Positions 1 to 10,517 of a stretch of DNA of 37,320 nucleotides are shown here, one piece after another. Both the position numbers and the translations under genes were made by a program. The notes under the pieces are model-generated. The model ran no database searches. It was given only the letters and a program-made list of their open reading frames with translations, and had not been told where the DNA came from. The DNA is taken from IMG/VR virus record IMGVR_UViG_2534681604_000010, positions 1-37,320 of that record, one strand, 5' to 3'. Source of the DNA: a virus. Its lineage: Duplodnaviria > Heunggongvirae > Uroviricota > Caudoviricetes. Position 1 is the stretch's first letter; each line of letters opens with the position of its first letter.

Positions 1-390
1 TTAGCTATTACGTTTTCGTTCTCGTTTTTGTCGCAGATCGAATAAGCTACTGATAAACAAGAAACATAATGCGCCAAGAGCACACCAGAATACCGCACTC
101 AGCAACCACGCCAGCTCTTGCCATAAAGACCTGTGAGTGGTGAAGAAAAGCCGTAACAATAGCATGCAGCAGGGAGCTGCCATCATCGCTCCCAGCAACG
201 GGTTAATTACCGCCCGACGGTTAGAGCAAAAACTGGCAACCGCGCCCGGTAAAATGAAGAACAAAAGTCCAAGTTCAGGATGCCCGGCGGCCCGAAACGC
301 GCCTTTCATCTGCGTGGCAAGGAAAAGACACACAACGATAAACAGTACGAAACAGCAAATGGCCCCTGCCCAACTTCGTTTACGTTTCAC
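1..390 (-). CDS. ybjM: Small inner-membrane protein, YbjM-like (host gene)
   Basis: Complete 129-aa ORF, hydrophobic with several predicted TM segments; divergent from the ybjL-like gene as in enterobacterial chromosomes. Assignment from memory of synteny. Confidence 0.5.
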   Translation of the reverse strand: MKRKRSWAGAICCFVLFIVVCLFLATQMKGAFRAAGHPELGLLFFILPGAVASFCSNRRAVINPLLGAMMAAPCCMLLLRLFFTTHRSLWQELAWLLSAVFWCALGALCFLFISSLFDLRQKRERKRNS

Positions 391-658
391 TTGTTCCTCC
401 TGATACTGTCTCTATCGAACACGCTTTTCGCCTGTAGTGCTCAGTGTGATAAAGCTGTTCAGCATTCCATGCTTAAATACGTCAACACATTTCTTATAGC
501 CGTTGATACGTAATGATATTAAACTAGCTGAATATATAGCAGTGTTGCTTTTAGTGGGTGCGGTACAGGGCCGGTATCACCCTTAATTGGTACGCAAAAC
601 ATTAGCCTAAATTACCATTTCTTTCAACAGCTTACTCGTAAACAAGAAGTTAGTCTCC

Positions 659-2344
659 GTGAATATAAACGTCGCAGAATTGTTAAACGGGAATTACATC
701 CTGTTATTATTTGTGGTCCTGGCGCTCGGACTTTGCCTCGGAAAATTGCGTCTTGGTTCCATCCAACTCGGTAATTCCATTGGCGTTTTAGTCGTCTCCC
801 TGTTATTAGGGCAGCAGCATTTCAGTATTAACACTGAAGCACTTAATCTTGGCTTTATGCTGTTTATTTTTTGTGTTGGGGTGGAAGCCGGACCAAACTT
901 TTTTTCTATTTTTTTTCGCGACGGGAAAAACTACCTGATGCTGGCTCTGGTAATGGTCGGTAGCGCGCTGCTGATCGCCCTGGGCCTGGGTAAGCTGTTT
1001 GGCTGGGATATCGGCCTGACGGCAGGTATGCTGGCAGGCTCAATGACGTCAACGCCGGTGCTGGTAGGTGCCGGAGACACATTACGTCATTTCGGGATCA
1101 GTGGTACAGAACTCTCCTCCGCACTGGATAACCTAAGTCTCGGGTATGCCTTAACTTACTTAATTGGTTTGGTGAGTCTGATTGTCGGTGCGCGTTATCT
1201 GCCGAAGCTGCAACACCAGGATTTACAGACCAGCGCCCAACAAATAGCCCGTGAACGCGGCCTCGATACCGACGCCACGCGTAAAGTGTATCTACCCGTT
1301 ATTCGTGCTTACCGCGTGGGACCCGAACTGGTCGCGTGGACTGATGGTAAAAATCTTCGTGAACTGGGGATTTATCGTCAGACGGGATGCTATATCGAAC
1401 GTATTCGTCGTAACGGAATTTTAGCAAACCCGGACGGCGATGCTGTTTTACAAATGGGCGATGAGATTGCACTTGTCGGCTATCCAGATGCTCACGCCCG
1501 GCTTGATCCCAGCTTCCGAAATGGTAAAGAGGTATTCGATCGCGATCTACTCGACATGCGTATCGTTACCGAAGAAGTGGTGGTAAAAAACCACAACGCC
1601 GTTGGTAAACGCCTGGCACAACTGAAACTTACCGATCACGGCTGCTTCCTGAATCGGGTAATTCGCAGCCAGATTGAAATGCCAATCGATGACAACGTTG
1701 TACTCAACAAAGGCGATGTTTTACAGGTGAGCGGAGATGCTCGCCGTGTAAAAACCATTGCTGACCGCATCGGCTTTATCTCGATTCACAGCCAGGTCAC
1801 CGACCTTCTGGCCTTCTGCGCCTTCTTTATCATTGGTCTGATGATCGGGATGATTACCTTCCAGTTCAGTTCATTCAGTTTTGGCATGGGTAATGCCGCC
1901 GGTCTTTTATTCGCCGGGATTATGCTTGGCTTTATGCGTGCAAACCACCCTACTTTCGGCTACATACCGCAAGGTGCGTTAAGTATGGTGAAAGAGTTTG
2001 GCCTGATGGTGTTTATGGCTGGCGTCGGTTTAAGTGCGGGTAGTGGGATCAATAACGGGCTTGGAGCTATTGGCGGCCAAATGTTGGTGGCCGGGCTTAT
2101 TGTTAGTCTGGTACCTGTGGTGATCTGCTTCCTGTTTGGTGCGTATGTGTTGCGAATGAATCGCGCGTTACTGTTTGGCGCGATGATGGGCGCACGTACC
2201 TGCGCACCTGCAATGGAAATTATCAGCGATACCGCGCGTAGCAATATCCCTGCGCTGGGTTACGCAGGCACCTATGCCATCGCCAATGTTCTTTTAACGT
2301 TGGCAGGGACAATCATTGTTATGGTGTGGCCAGGACTCGGATAA
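659..2344 (+). CDS. ybjL: Putative transporter of the AspT/YidE/YbjL family (host gene)
   Basis: 561-aa ORF with GTG start; N- and C-terminal polytopic membrane domains flanking a central soluble region; sequence recalled as E. coli YbjL-like. Confidence 0.8.
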   Translation: MNINVAELLNGNYILLLFVVLALGLCLGKLRLGSIQLGNSIGVLVVSLLLGQQHFSINTEALNLGFMLFIFCVGVEAGPNFFSIFFRDGKNYLMLALVMVGSALLIALGLGKLFGWDIGLTAGMLAGSMTSTPVLVGAGDTLRHFGISGTELSSALDNLSLGYALTYLIGLVSLIVGARYLPKLQHQDLQTSAQQIARERGLDTDATRKVYLPVIRAYRVGPELVAWTDGKNLRELGIYRQTGCYIERIRRNGILANPDGDAVLQMGDEIALVGYPDAHARLDPSFRNGKEVFDRDLLDMRIVTEEVVVKNHNAVGKRLAQLKLTDHGCFLNRVIRSQIEMPIDDNVVLNKGDVLQVSGDARRVKTIADRIGFISIHSQVTDLLAFCAFFIIGLMIGMITFQFSSFSFGMGNAAGLLFAGIMLGFMRANHPTFGYIPQGALSMVKEFGLMVFMAGVGLSAGSGINNGLGAIGGQMLVAGLIVSLVPVVICFLFGAYVLRMNRALLFGAMMGARTCAPAMEIISDTARSNIPALGYAGTYAIANVLLTLAGTIIVMVWPGLG

Positions 2345-2456
2345 AACTGAAGTTGCCCTGAAAAGAAAATTTTTTGCGTAATGCGCAGAACTTTTCCTCA
2401 AGGCGTCAGTCTTAATTAGTGCCACTGCTTTTCTTTGATGTCCCCAATTTGTGGAG

Positions 2457-2499
2457 CCCATCAACCCCGCCGTTTTGGTTCAAGGTTGATGGGTTTTTT
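2457..2499 (+). terminator. Rho-independent terminator (plus-strand sense)
   Basis: Inverted repeat CCCATCAACC / GGTTGATGGG (2457..2466 and 2484..2493) followed by TTTTTT at 2494..2499. Confidence 0.5.
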
Positions 2500-2579
2500 G
2501 TTGCCTGAAATTTAAGCTGTTTAAAATCATGATGTTAGAAACACTGTTTTTTAACGATGGCGACAAAATGGCGGCAGCG

Positions 2580-2798
2580 TCAAAGAGAGAGCGCCACCTG
2601 TCCTGATTTCATTGGATGCGGCTGAACCGGATTTGACTCTTTTGGCGTTGCAATCGAACGAACAAAAGTTTCATGGGTAACAAAAGTATGGCTGCAGTTA
2701 ATGTTCTGGCACTGGTTGTAACGCTCTTTGGTCAATGAAGATACCTGAAAACTGCTGCGAGTATGGGCGGCACTTCCACACAGTGGGCAAATCATCAT
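2580..2798 (-). CDS. ogr: Ogr/Delta-family zinc-finger late transcription activator (P2 Ogr / 186 B)
   Basis: 72 aa from the internal Met: MMICPLCGSAAHTRSS...KERYNQCQNINCSHTF, carrying the CxxC...CxxxxC motif typical of Ogr; located just past gene D as in P2. Confidence 0.85.
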   Translation of the reverse strand: MMICPLCGSAAHTRSSFQVSSLTKERYNQCQNINCSHTFVTHETFVRSIATPKESNPVQPHPMKSGQVALSL

Positions 2799-2888
2799 TT
2801 TTCGAGTTCTCCCCATTTTTGCTAAATTCACAATAATGATACCGCATTATTCCATTTTGCAAACTTAAAAGTTCTCCATTGCGAAGAA

Positions 2889-3989
2889 TCATTCCATTTC
2901 GAAATCATCAATCCTCACTTCAAGCTCCAGACTGGTTGTAAAACCGTTATCGGGGCTGACGGTATGCGTCAGAGTCGTAATGGTCCATTCCGCATCATCT
3001 ATCGGCTGTTTAAAGCCACTGACTTTCACTGGCATTTCCGTGTAGAGATCTGCCCGACCTTCTGCCAGTTGTAGCGAGAATGACGCAACGCCGCGTTGCA
3101 GGCGTTCCCACTGCATTTTCGCCGCCCGTTCGGCGTTGCTCCGGTTGGCATAGGTGCGATTAAGTACCAGCACGTTTTCATCTGTACCCACCAGGTAATC
3201 GCCCTGCTTCGCTTCCGGCTCTTTCTTCTGCTTCTTAGTCCTGCGCTTACGCTTCACCGTGGTGCTTTCATTCTTCGCGGGTTCGCGGGTATGCAACCAG
3301 CTGGCAATTACGCCCGTGTAGGCTCCGCGATCTGCCAGGGTAAAGCGGTGACTGTCGCCGTCCTTACGTGTGATAGTGATAACCGGTAGTGGTTTACCGC
3401 TGGCGCTTTTACCCTGTCCCTGCCGGATGAATAACAGATTGCCATTTTTCACCGACGCAATAGCACCGTACTGGCGCGCCAGCCGCATCAGAAAACTGCC
3501 GTCACTCTCATTGGTCTGGTCTATATGTTCCACGGGTTTATCTGACAGGTCTTTACCCAATGCCATCTTCAGTTTGTGCCGCACAGCTATTTCCTTCACC
3601 ACTTCCCCGACGGTGGTCTTGTGCCACGACTTTTCACGGCGGGTATTCAGCGTTTCACGAAAATCAGCACTTCGCGCCCGGATAGTCAGGCGGTCCGGTG
3701 CGCCAGTGTGTTCAATCTCGTCCACCGTGAATGCCCCTTTCGGGAAAAGCGGCTGCCCCTTCCAGCCCAGCGCCAGCGTAATAACCGCACCACGGCGCGG
3801 CAGCACGATTTTTCCGTCGGCGTCGTCCAGCTCCAGATCAAGCTGGTCCGCTTCAAAGCCCCGATTGTCCGTCAGCGTCAAACTCATCAGGCGGTTATCC
3901 AGCACAGTGGTGATATCCCTGCCCTCAATACTGATGCTGAATGCGGGAGTTTTGTTGCCTTTGTTAAGCAGTTCAGAGCTGAAATTCAT
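2889..3989 (-). CDS. D: Tail protein gpD (late control gene D)
   Basis: 366-aa ORF; position at the end of the tail operon, overlapping the U stop; P2 gpD-like sequence. Confidence 0.85.
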   Translation of the reverse strand: MNFSSELLNKGNKTPAFSISIEGRDITTVLDNRLMSLTLTDNRGFEADQLDLELDDADGKIVLPRRGAVITLALGWKGQPLFPKGAFTVDEIEHTGAPDRLTIRARSADFRETLNTRREKSWHKTTVGEVVKEIAVRHKLKMALGKDLSDKPVEHIDQTNESDGSFLMRLARQYGAIASVKNGNLLFIRQGQGKSASGKPLPVITITRKDGDSHRFTLADRGAYTGVIASWLHTREPAKNESTTVKRKRRTKKQKKEPEAKQGDYLVGTDENVLVLNRTYANRSNAERAAKMQWERLQRGVASFSLQLAEGRADLYTEMPVKVSGFKQPIDDAEWTITTLTHTVSPDNGFTTSLELEVRIDDFEME

Positions 3990-4471
3990 GACAGCAGCCC
4001 TCCCACCGTTTTACTGATATCGCTTAAGGCAGACGTTGCTGTGTCCTGCAGATTATTCAGTTGCGCACTGAGATCACCGAATATATCGGACAGGGATTCA
4101 TCCACCCGTTTGAGCGACAGGGTGAACTCAATCCGGCGCGGCATACCGTCGCGGAAAAACTCCGTTTTAGTCTGATTCAGTCCCTCAATCACATACATGC
4201 CATAAATCGTGCCACTGCCTTCAATCAGGGGCCATGCTTTCCCCTGTTCTGCCATCTGCTCCAGTGCCAGCAACGACAGCCTGCCACCTGTTATCTCCGG
4301 CATAAGAACACCGGAAAGCGTCAGCATGTCGTTGTCCGGTCCCAGAAACTGCGTGGACGGACGTCGGTTTACCCGGCTGTTTGCCGCATGTCGCCAGCTG
4401 CGTTGATACTGCAGCTCCTGATACGGCACGGTGCGCAGCATAAACACGTACAATCCCAGCACCATCATCAT
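3986..4471 (-). CDS. U: Tail protein gpU
   Basis: 161 aa; ATGA-type 4-nt overlaps with both T and D; P2 synteny. Confidence 0.85.
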   Translation of the reverse strand: MMMVLGLYVFMLRTVPYQELQYQRSWRHAANSRVNRRPSTQFLGPDNDMLTLSGVLMPEITGGRLSLLALEQMAEQGKAWPLIEGSGTIYGMYVIEGLNQTKTEFFRDGMPRRIEFTLSLKRVDESLSDIFGDLSAQLNNLQDTATSALSDISKTVGGLLS

Positions 4472-7400
4472 GCGTCGTATCCCCCCTGATCGCTGTAGTT
4501 ACTCCTGGCTTTTGCCTTCAGCCTGCGTTCACGTTCATCAAGCTGGCGGGCCACCTCCCGCGCAATATCCTGCGCACTTTGTCCTGGCTGTGTCTGGATG
4601 ATGATCTGCGTCGGTGCTTCAATCCGGTAAATGGGCGGCACAGTAGCTGCACGACTCACCATCGCTTCACCGCCTTTTGCGGGAAGCGCCAAAGGATGCA
4701 ACGGTGGAAGCTCTGCTGGCGCGGCAGCAACACCCATCATTCCGGCGACAACGGCAGCCAGTGCAGCTGTATTTCTCCGGCTGGTCACGTTTGCCGGGCC
4801 GTTAACAATTTCCGGCCCGTTTTCACCGACGATGCCAAACTGCCCGCGCGGGATATAGCCGCCGCTGTCATACATCCCCGCAAAGCCATATCCCCATGAC
4901 GGAAAATCACCCGATGGCATCATCACTTTACCGTCTGCATTCACCGTCGCAGGTTGCTGACGCGTCACGCTTTCCGGCAGTTTCGCCTTTGCAGCCTCTT
5001 TACTGACAATGCCGAGTTTCTCCAGCAACCAGGAAACGCCGGATTTCAGGGAGTCCAGCGGATGCATGACCATATTCAGCCCTTCTGCCAGTGCCTCCCC
5101 GAATCGTCGCCCCATTGCCGCTGCGCTCTGCAGTTCGGCAGAGGTCGACTTAACGGGCGTCAGCAGATCAGTAAACCAGCCCCACAGCGCCTGCACTTTG
5201 TCGCCAATCCACTGGAACACGGGCTTAAGCGGTTCGAACGCTGCACTGATGGGACCTGCCGCCGCTTTGAATCCTTCCACCACGCCACCGAGAAATGCGG
5301 TGATGGGTTGCCAGTATTTCCAGACAACCAGCGCCACGCCCGCCAGTGCAGTAACCACAAGACCTATCGGACTGAGCAGAGCACCTAACAGACCAGATAT
5401 GGCATACAGGGCAACGCGCAGCATCGCCAGTGGACCAGATGCCAGTACTCGCAGCACCGTGCCTGCGGCGGCCAGTCCACCGCGCAGTACCGCCAGAGGA
5501 TTCATAAACATCACAGCAACAGCACATAAACCGGATAATCCAGACCGCAAAAGTGCAACCGGCGCACCTGCTACAGTTTTCAGGACATTTCCCGTCAGTG
5601 ATGCCGTGCGGCGCAAAGACGACAACGGCGCAGTAAGTAAACCTGCGGCGTTGCCCGATGAAGCAAGCCCGCGTCGCAGCAGTGCCAGTGGCGCGCCAGC
5701 CAGCCAGGACAACGCGCTGCTGGTTCGAGTTACTGCTGCCGTAACGGAAGATAACGTTTTGATACCCAACACAGAGAATCCCAGACGGATCACTGCCAGC
5801 GGCCCCAGCACTGCAGCCAGCGCCACCGCTAAGGTGCCGAGGCCGACGGTAACCGCAGCCACAACAGCCGATGCTTTCATCAGTGTGCCTGTCAGTTCCG
5901 GGTTAGCTTCCACCCAGCGACGCAACGCCCCCGTGACGCTTTTCACCGTGTACAGAATATCCATCAGCGGCTGGCGCAGCGTTTCGCCCAGGCTGCTGAA
6001 GGTGTTCTGCGCTCCGGTTTTGACCAGCAACCACTGCGCAGAAAGTGAATCCTTGTTAATGTCGGATTCTTTCTGCATGGAGCCGAGCGCATCATTGCCC
6101 GCTGTCAGTTTTAACTGACGCTGCAGTTCCGGCAGGTTGTTTGCCAGTTTCGCCGCGTCATCGCCAAACTCTTTACCAAACAACATAGTCATGGCAGACA
6201 GGCGCTTGTCCTGCGGCAGCGCGTTTACCTTCTCCAGCACGCGCTGGATGGTTCCCATCGCATCCTTCGTCATCTGCTTTTCAATCACTTCAGGATTGAG
6301 TTTCAGCAGATTCATCCCTTCAAAGAAACTCTTGCTTTGCATGGTGGCAATGGACAATTCACGCACCATCGCGTTTGCTGCACTGGCTGCAACCTCTGGT
6401 GCAGCGCCCAGTGTCAGGAAGGTGGAACCCAGCGCCGCCGCTTTACGATAATCCAGACGGTCAGCCACACCGCCCAGACGTTGCATCACATCAATGATGT
6501 CTGCCCCTTTCGACATGGCGTTATCATCCAGATAGTTCAGCGCATCACCGAGCTGTTCAATATTGCGGGTGGGGATTTTGTAGAGCTGGGCGATTTTCCC
6601 CAGACTTTCTGACAATTCATCCGCTGGCAGCTCAAAGGCTGTTGCCGCCTTTGCTGCCGTACTGGCGAAGGCCAGCAGGTCACGTTTCTGATCTTCCCAG
6701 CTGTCGTCAGGGTTTGCGACGTTCATGCGCGCACCACCTTCAACCAGTGCAGCGAAGTCCACCGCACCGTTTTCCATCGGCAACTGTTCGCTGGCAGCCT
6801 TGATGGCATCCTGCATTTCATAAAAACGTGCAGTGCGGTTGCCATTATCGTCACGCAGACCATTGACCTGCTTTGCCACACCTTTCATGGCATCTTCCAT
6901 GCTGGTATAGCTTTTTACTGCCGCCATCACTGGCGCACCCATTGCCAGCCCTGCAGCCGTGGTGGTGGCTCCGGCACCTGCAATACGATCACGCACCTCC
7001 AGCGAACGGGCATAACTGGCACGCGCTGCATTCATCCTGCGCTGAGCTTCCCCCAGTCGCTTCAGCCGCGCCTCCTGTTTCGAAAGTTCCTGGTTATAAC
7101 GTGATGTTTCACGGGCTAAACGGGCAGTTGCTCCCGCATCGTCTTTCGCAGAAATTCCCGCCCGGTACAGTTCAGCACGCACAAGCGCCGTCTGCTGCTG
7201 CAGCTTTTTCTGGCGTTCTTCCAGGCGCTGAACAGCCAGCCGTTGACGGCCCAGAGCAACAACCTGACGTTGCGAAGGCGGCCCCATCGCTCCCAGTTCC
7301 TGACTGAGCAAATTTGCACGCTGGCGGGCATAGTTCAGCCTGTCGCCTAATTTCTGATTTTCTGCCTGCAGCTTTCGGAAGCTGTCCAGACTGCTCCCGG

Positions 7401-7545
7401 CCTGATCAAGCTGCTTTATTGCATCGCGGGATTTTTTGACAGCAGCAGCCAGTTCTCTTGAACTAGCCTGCGCAGATCGAAATGGGCGGGTGAGCTTGTC
7501 AACCGCATTAAGAATGACCTGCAGACGCAGGTTGTTATCACTCAT
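4468..7545 (-). CDS. T: Tail tape measure protein gpT
   Basis: 1025-aa ORF, Ala/Leu-rich with coiled-coil N-terminus and glycine-rich C-terminal region; sits between E/E' and U. Confidence 0.9.
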   Translation of the reverse strand: MSDNNLRLQVILNAVDKLTRPFRSAQASSRELAAAVKKSRDAIKQLDQAGSSLDSFRKLQAENQKLGDRLNYARQRANLLSQELGAMGPPSQRQVVALGRQRLAVQRLEERQKKLQQQTALVRAELYRAGISAKDDAGATARLARETSRYNQELSKQEARLKRLGEAQRRMNAARASYARSLEVRDRIAGAGATTTAAGLAMGAPVMAAVKSYTSMEDAMKGVAKQVNGLRDDNGNRTARFYEMQDAIKAASEQLPMENGAVDFAALVEGGARMNVANPDDSWEDQKRDLLAFASTAAKAATAFELPADELSESLGKIAQLYKIPTRNIEQLGDALNYLDDNAMSKGADIIDVMQRLGGVADRLDYRKAAALGSTFLTLGAAPEVAASAANAMVRELSIATMQSKSFFEGMNLLKLNPEVIEKQMTKDAMGTIQRVLEKVNALPQDKRLSAMTMLFGKEFGDDAAKLANNLPELQRQLKLTAGNDALGSMQKESDINKDSLSAQWLLVKTGAQNTFSSLGETLRQPLMDILYTVKSVTGALRRWVEANPELTGTLMKASAVVAAVTVGLGTLAVALAAVLGPLAVIRLGFSVLGIKTLSSVTAAVTRTSSALSWLAGAPLALLRRGLASSGNAAGLLTAPLSSLRRTASLTGNVLKTVAGAPVALLRSGLSGLCAVAVMFMNPLAVLRGGLAAAGTVLRVLASGPLAMLRVALYAISGLLGALLSPIGLVVTALAGVALVVWKYWQPITAFLGGVVEGFKAAAGPISAAFEPLKPVFQWIGDKVQALWGWFTDLLTPVKSTSAELQSAAAMGRRFGEALAEGLNMVMHPLDSLKSGVSWLLEKLGIVSKEAAKAKLPESVTRQQPATVNADGKVMMPSGDFPSWGYGFAGMYDSGGYIPRGQFGIVGENGPEIVNGPANVTSRRNTAALAAVVAGMMGVAAAPAELPPLHPLALPAKGGEAMVSRAATVPPIYRIEAPTQIIIQTQPGQSAQDIAREVARQLDERERRLKAKARSNYSDQGGYDA

Positions 7546-7974
7546 CGTTGGCCCCGCTTCTCTGAATCGCTTTATACCGCCATTCCAGCACTTCGGTCAG
7601 CGGCATAACGTCAGTAACGGATGGCGGCCAGTGAAAAATGGTGGCGATATCTGCCACCAGATCGTCAACCGTCAGGCTGTCGGTAAACCGGCAAGCACCG
7701 ACTTCTTCAACAAAAAAGTGACAACCTCAACCGACATGGCAGTGAGATCTGCCGGGTCCATCTCTGCAATTTCCTGTGCAGTCAGTGCCGGACTGGAGAT
7801 GCGGGGGATCACGGTCATCATCGCGTTTACATCCATATCCATAATGGCCTGCAGGCGTGTACCGCGCAGCGCACCGGACTGCGGTTTACGCAGCACAATT
7901 TCGGTGATTTCTGTTTTACCGCGCTTGATGGGGGTATCCAGTTGAATGGTCTTTTCAGTCTGCTTATCGCTCAT
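7538..7974 (-). CDS. E+E': gpE+E' tail assembly chaperone made by programmed -1 frameshift at T_TTT_TTG (7711..7717)
   Basis: Hand translation of the -1 frame after the slip site stays open for 59 codons (FFVEEVGACRFTDSLTVDDLVADIATIFHWPPSVTDVMPLTEVLEWRYKAIQRSGANDE) and stops at TGA 7538..7540, overlapping the T start at 7545. The frameshift itself is established for P2 E/E'. Confidence 0.65.
7672..7974 (-). CDS. E: Tail assembly chaperone gpE (zero-frame product)
   Basis: 100-aa ORF between FII and T; contains slippery heptamer T_TTT_TTG near its 3' end. Confidence 0.8.
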   Translation of the reverse strand: MSDKQTEKTIQLDTPIKRGKTEITEIVLRKPQSGALRGTRLQAIMDMDVNAMMTVIPRISSPALTAQEIAEMDPADLTAMSVEVVTFLLKKSVLAGLPTA

Positions 7975-8028
7975 TTTGCTGTCCTGTCAATTGGGTTCTG
8001 GCGCGGTATCCCGCGCCGTTCAGATATA

Positions 8029-8544
8029 TCAGAGGCCGAGGGCGTTGCGGTGCGCTTCCATCAGGTCCACACCGTCCACAATTTCCACCATGTTGATAAG
8101 GTCCACTTCATAGAGCACCTCACCATTGATGGTCAGCTTCGCGTAGCTGTTGGTACTGGTCACTTTGGTGGTGTTGCTTTCGCCCGTCTTCCACTCGCCG
8201 GAATCCACTTCTTTGTGACGTCCACGCACGACAAGCTCCACGGCCTGCACTTCCCCGGTATCGTCACGCTGAATAGAGCCGGTAAAGCGCAGCTGGATGC
8301 CATCCACCGTGGCTTTACCCATCTGTTTAAACAGCAGCAATTCAGTACCACCAATGGAAAATTCTGTGTCCAGCGCACTGTCATCAAGCCCCAGATCCAC
8401 ATCCACCGCACCCGGCATTCCGCCGCCGCGATACTTCTCATATTTGCGGGTAAATTTCGGCAGCGTCAGCGACTCAACGATCCCCTGCCAGTTGTTCCCG
8501 TCGTTAAACAGGTTCAGGTGTTTTAATTTGCGTGGTAAAGCCAT
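8029..8544 (-). CDS. FII: Tail tube protein gpFII
   Basis: 171 aa; immediately downstream of the sheath gene; P2 FII-like. Confidence 0.9.
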   Translation of the reverse strand: MALPRKLKHLNLFNDGNNWQGIVESLTLPKFTRKYEKYRGGGMPGAVDVDLGLDDSALDTEFSIGGTELLLFKQMGKATVDGIQLRFTGSIQRDDTGEVQAVELVVRGRHKEVDSGEWKTGESNTTKVTSTNSYAKLTINGEVLYEVDLINMVEIVDGVDLMEAHRNALGL

Positions 8545-8553
8545 GTTGTCCCC

Positions 8554-9726
8554 TTACGCGCTGACCTGGCTGGCGAAATTCACCAGGTACTGATCGGTGA
8601 TGCGCTGACGCAGCATCAGGTTTTCAAGTGGCGGCACTGGCGTGTAGTCGTAGTCGATGGTGAGTTTTCCGGCTTTCAGCGTGTCTTTGTCGTTCACCAA
8701 CTCATCCAGCCAGCAATCACCACCAATGAGATAGCCCTGACTGACCAGGCTGCGCATTTTGGCGCGGATACCTTCGATAATGTCGCGGGCCAGCGACGGG
8801 TTAAGCGGTTTATCCACCGCCCACATGTGTGCTTCTGCCATCGTGTCCATCAGCACCTGCGCCGTGCGGGTGTAGTTTTCGAAGGCAAAGAGCGGGTCAT
8901 CACTCAGGCAGCGGGAACCCCAGAAGCGGAAACCGTCTTTACGCACAAGCGTGGTGACGTCGTTCTGGTTCAGCAGACCTGCATCGGTTGCCGGGTCCTG
9001 CAGATCCCAGAACACATCTGCAGAAATTCCGGTGACACCGTTCACGCCCACGTTGGACAGGCTTTTGTGCCATCCGGTCTGCTCGTCAATTTTGGCGCGC
9101 AGACCAAGCGCACGGGCGGTGGCATATGCCGTTGCTTCGGCATTCAGCACCGTGTCCCAGCCAGTAAAGTCAGGCCAGATCAGCATCCCTTCGCGCTGGC
9201 TGAAGTTTTCGCGGTAAGTGATCGCCTCCTGCACTGTCTTGCAGCCATACGCTGACAGGTAAGCAAATCCACGCAGGCTTTGCGCCACGCTCAGCAACTC
9301 AGTAGCTACCGCCTTGGTGTCGTGGCCTGGCACGCCGAGAATGCGCGGTTTAACGCCGAGCTGTGACTGGGCAGATAACAGGGCTTTCATACCTGTTTTT
9401 TTACCTTCAGCAGTCACTGCGCCGATGATATTGGTCGTGGTTTCGTCTTCCGTTTCACCCTGCGGCACACGCACAACAATGGTCACGGGTTTTGCCTGGT
9501 CAGCGATGGCATCCAGCGAACGGGCCAGAGTACCTGACTCACCCGCTTTACCGCTGGCAGTCAGCACATCAGTGATCAGCACGGGTTTATTAAGAGGAAA
9601 CATTTTTGCATCGGCATCATCGCCCGTACAGACCATACCCACGATGGCGGTGCTCACCGTGGTAATAGATCGGGTGCCTTCGTTGACTTCAACAACGCGC
9701 ACCCCGTGGTGGTAATCCTGAGCCAT
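8554..9726 (-). CDS. FI: Contractile tail sheath protein gpFI
   Basis: 390 aa; strong RBS CAGGAGG upstream; P2 FI-like. Confidence 0.9.
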   Translation of the reverse strand: MAQDYHHGVRVVEVNEGTRSITTVSTAIVGMVCTGDDADAKMFPLNKPVLITDVLTASGKAGESGTLARSLDAIADQAKPVTIVVRVPQGETEDETTTNIIGAVTAEGKKTGMKALLSAQSQLGVKPRILGVPGHDTKAVATELLSVAQSLRGFAYLSAYGCKTVQEAITYRENFSQREGMLIWPDFTGWDTVLNAEATAYATARALGLRAKIDEQTGWHKSLSNVGVNGVTGISADVFWDLQDPATDAGLLNQNDVTTLVRKDGFRFWGSRCLSDDPLFAFENYTRTAQVLMDTMAEAHMWAVDKPLNPSLARDIIEGIRAKMRSLVSQGYLIGGDCWLDELVNDKDTLKAGKLTIDYDYTPVPPLENLMLRQRITDQYLVNFASQVSA

Positions 9727-9868
9727 AGTGGCGAACCTCCTGATTGGATTAGGCTTCGCCCTATGTTGAAGTGATTGTGCCTGACAAACAGCTAAGCGCA
9801 GTTGTGTCGTTATTCACACAAAATAACGGTATTTGTCTGCTTGCAGGGATAATCAACATAATGCTGAT

Positions 9869-10441
9869 TCAGGGGGATTCATTGATCTTATTTGCCGGAA
9901 ATTTTCTATAAATGGTAGAAACGCCTACATCAAAAATCAGTGCAATACGCTGTATTGATTCTCCGGCCTCGAGTAAACGCCCAATCTGTGCCCACTGTTC
10001 GGTGGTCAACTTAGGACGGCGTCCACCTACTCTGCCTTTGGCACGAGCTGCAGCCAGCCCTGCCCTGGTACGTTCAACTATCAGTTCGCGTTCCATTTCA
10101 GCCAGGGCACCCATGACATGAAAAAAGAAACGGCCCATTGGGGTACTGGTATCAATACTGTCAGTCAGGCTTCTGAAATTCACACCACGCTGGCGCAACT
10201 CTTCTATCAGCGTAACAAGATGCCGCATACTGCGCCCCAACCTGTCCAGCTTCCAGACAACCAGCGTGTCTCCTGCCGATAGTGTCCTGAGCAGTTTTTT
10301 CAACCCTAGTCTGTCGGACTTAGTGCCACTGATTTTATCCTCAAAAATCCGCTCACATCCCGCGCAGTTCAGTGCATTACGTTGCAAATCGGTGTTCTGG
10401 TCATTTGTTGACACGCGTACATAGCCAGTAAGCATGATCAT
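9869..10441 (-). CDS. Serine recombinase, DNA invertase of the Hin/Gin/Pin/Cin family
   Basis: N-terminus GYVRVSTNDQNTDLQRNAL with catalytic Ser motif, central VVWKLDRLGRS, C-terminal HTH; very close to e14 Pin / Mu Gin as recalled. The true start may be the second Met at 10435. Confidence 0.9.
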   Translation of the reverse strand: MIMLTGYVRVSTNDQNTDLQRNALNCAGCERIFEDKISGTKSDRLGLKKLLRTLSAGDTLVVWKLDRLGRSMRHLVTLIEELRQRGVNFRSLTDSIDTSTPMGRFFFHVMGALAEMERELIVERTRAGLAAARAKGRVGGRRPKLTTEQWAQIGRLLEAGESIQRIALIFDVGVSTIYRKFPANKINESP

Positions 10442-10491
10442 CTCCTAGAATAAAAATCGGGGATGATGCCAGTTAGTCGTAATCGCTGCAT

Positions 10492-10517
10492 TTTCTTAAA
10501 TGTTGTTTGGGAGAGGA
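10492..10517 (+). other. Degenerate hix-like crossover site (relic) about 50 bp upstream of the invertase gene
   Basis: TTTTCTTAAATGTTGTTTGGGAGAGG resembles the site at 12409..12434 (outer half-site, TT core, inner GGTTTGGGAGAA) but has a 1-bp deletion in the inner half-site. Confidence 0.35.

Noticed and set aside
2345-2580. Search for a tRNA or tmRNA gene at the prophage junction as integration target
   Set aside because: No cloverleaf-compatible sequence or CCA-adjacent acceptor stem seen by eye at either junction; integration appears intergenic, though a proper tRNA scan was not possible.
2698-2892. 64-aa minus-strand ORF overlapping the ogr gene and the D stop
   Set aside because: Alternative frame overlapping a recognisable Ogr zinc-finger ORF; no support.
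5009-6118. 369-aa plus-strand ORF, with several other long ORFs (4954..5388, 6137..6451, 6873..7307), inside the tape measure gene
   Set aside because: Antisense to the 1025-aa gpT ORF in GC-rich DNA; composition is Ala/Ser/Pro/Arg-rich and typical of shadow frames; no RBS context.
9727-9868. Possible Ogr-dependent TGT-N12-ACA late promoter upstream of FI
   Set aside because: No exact TGT-N12-ACA dyad found by eye in this interval, so no promoter feature is called here.
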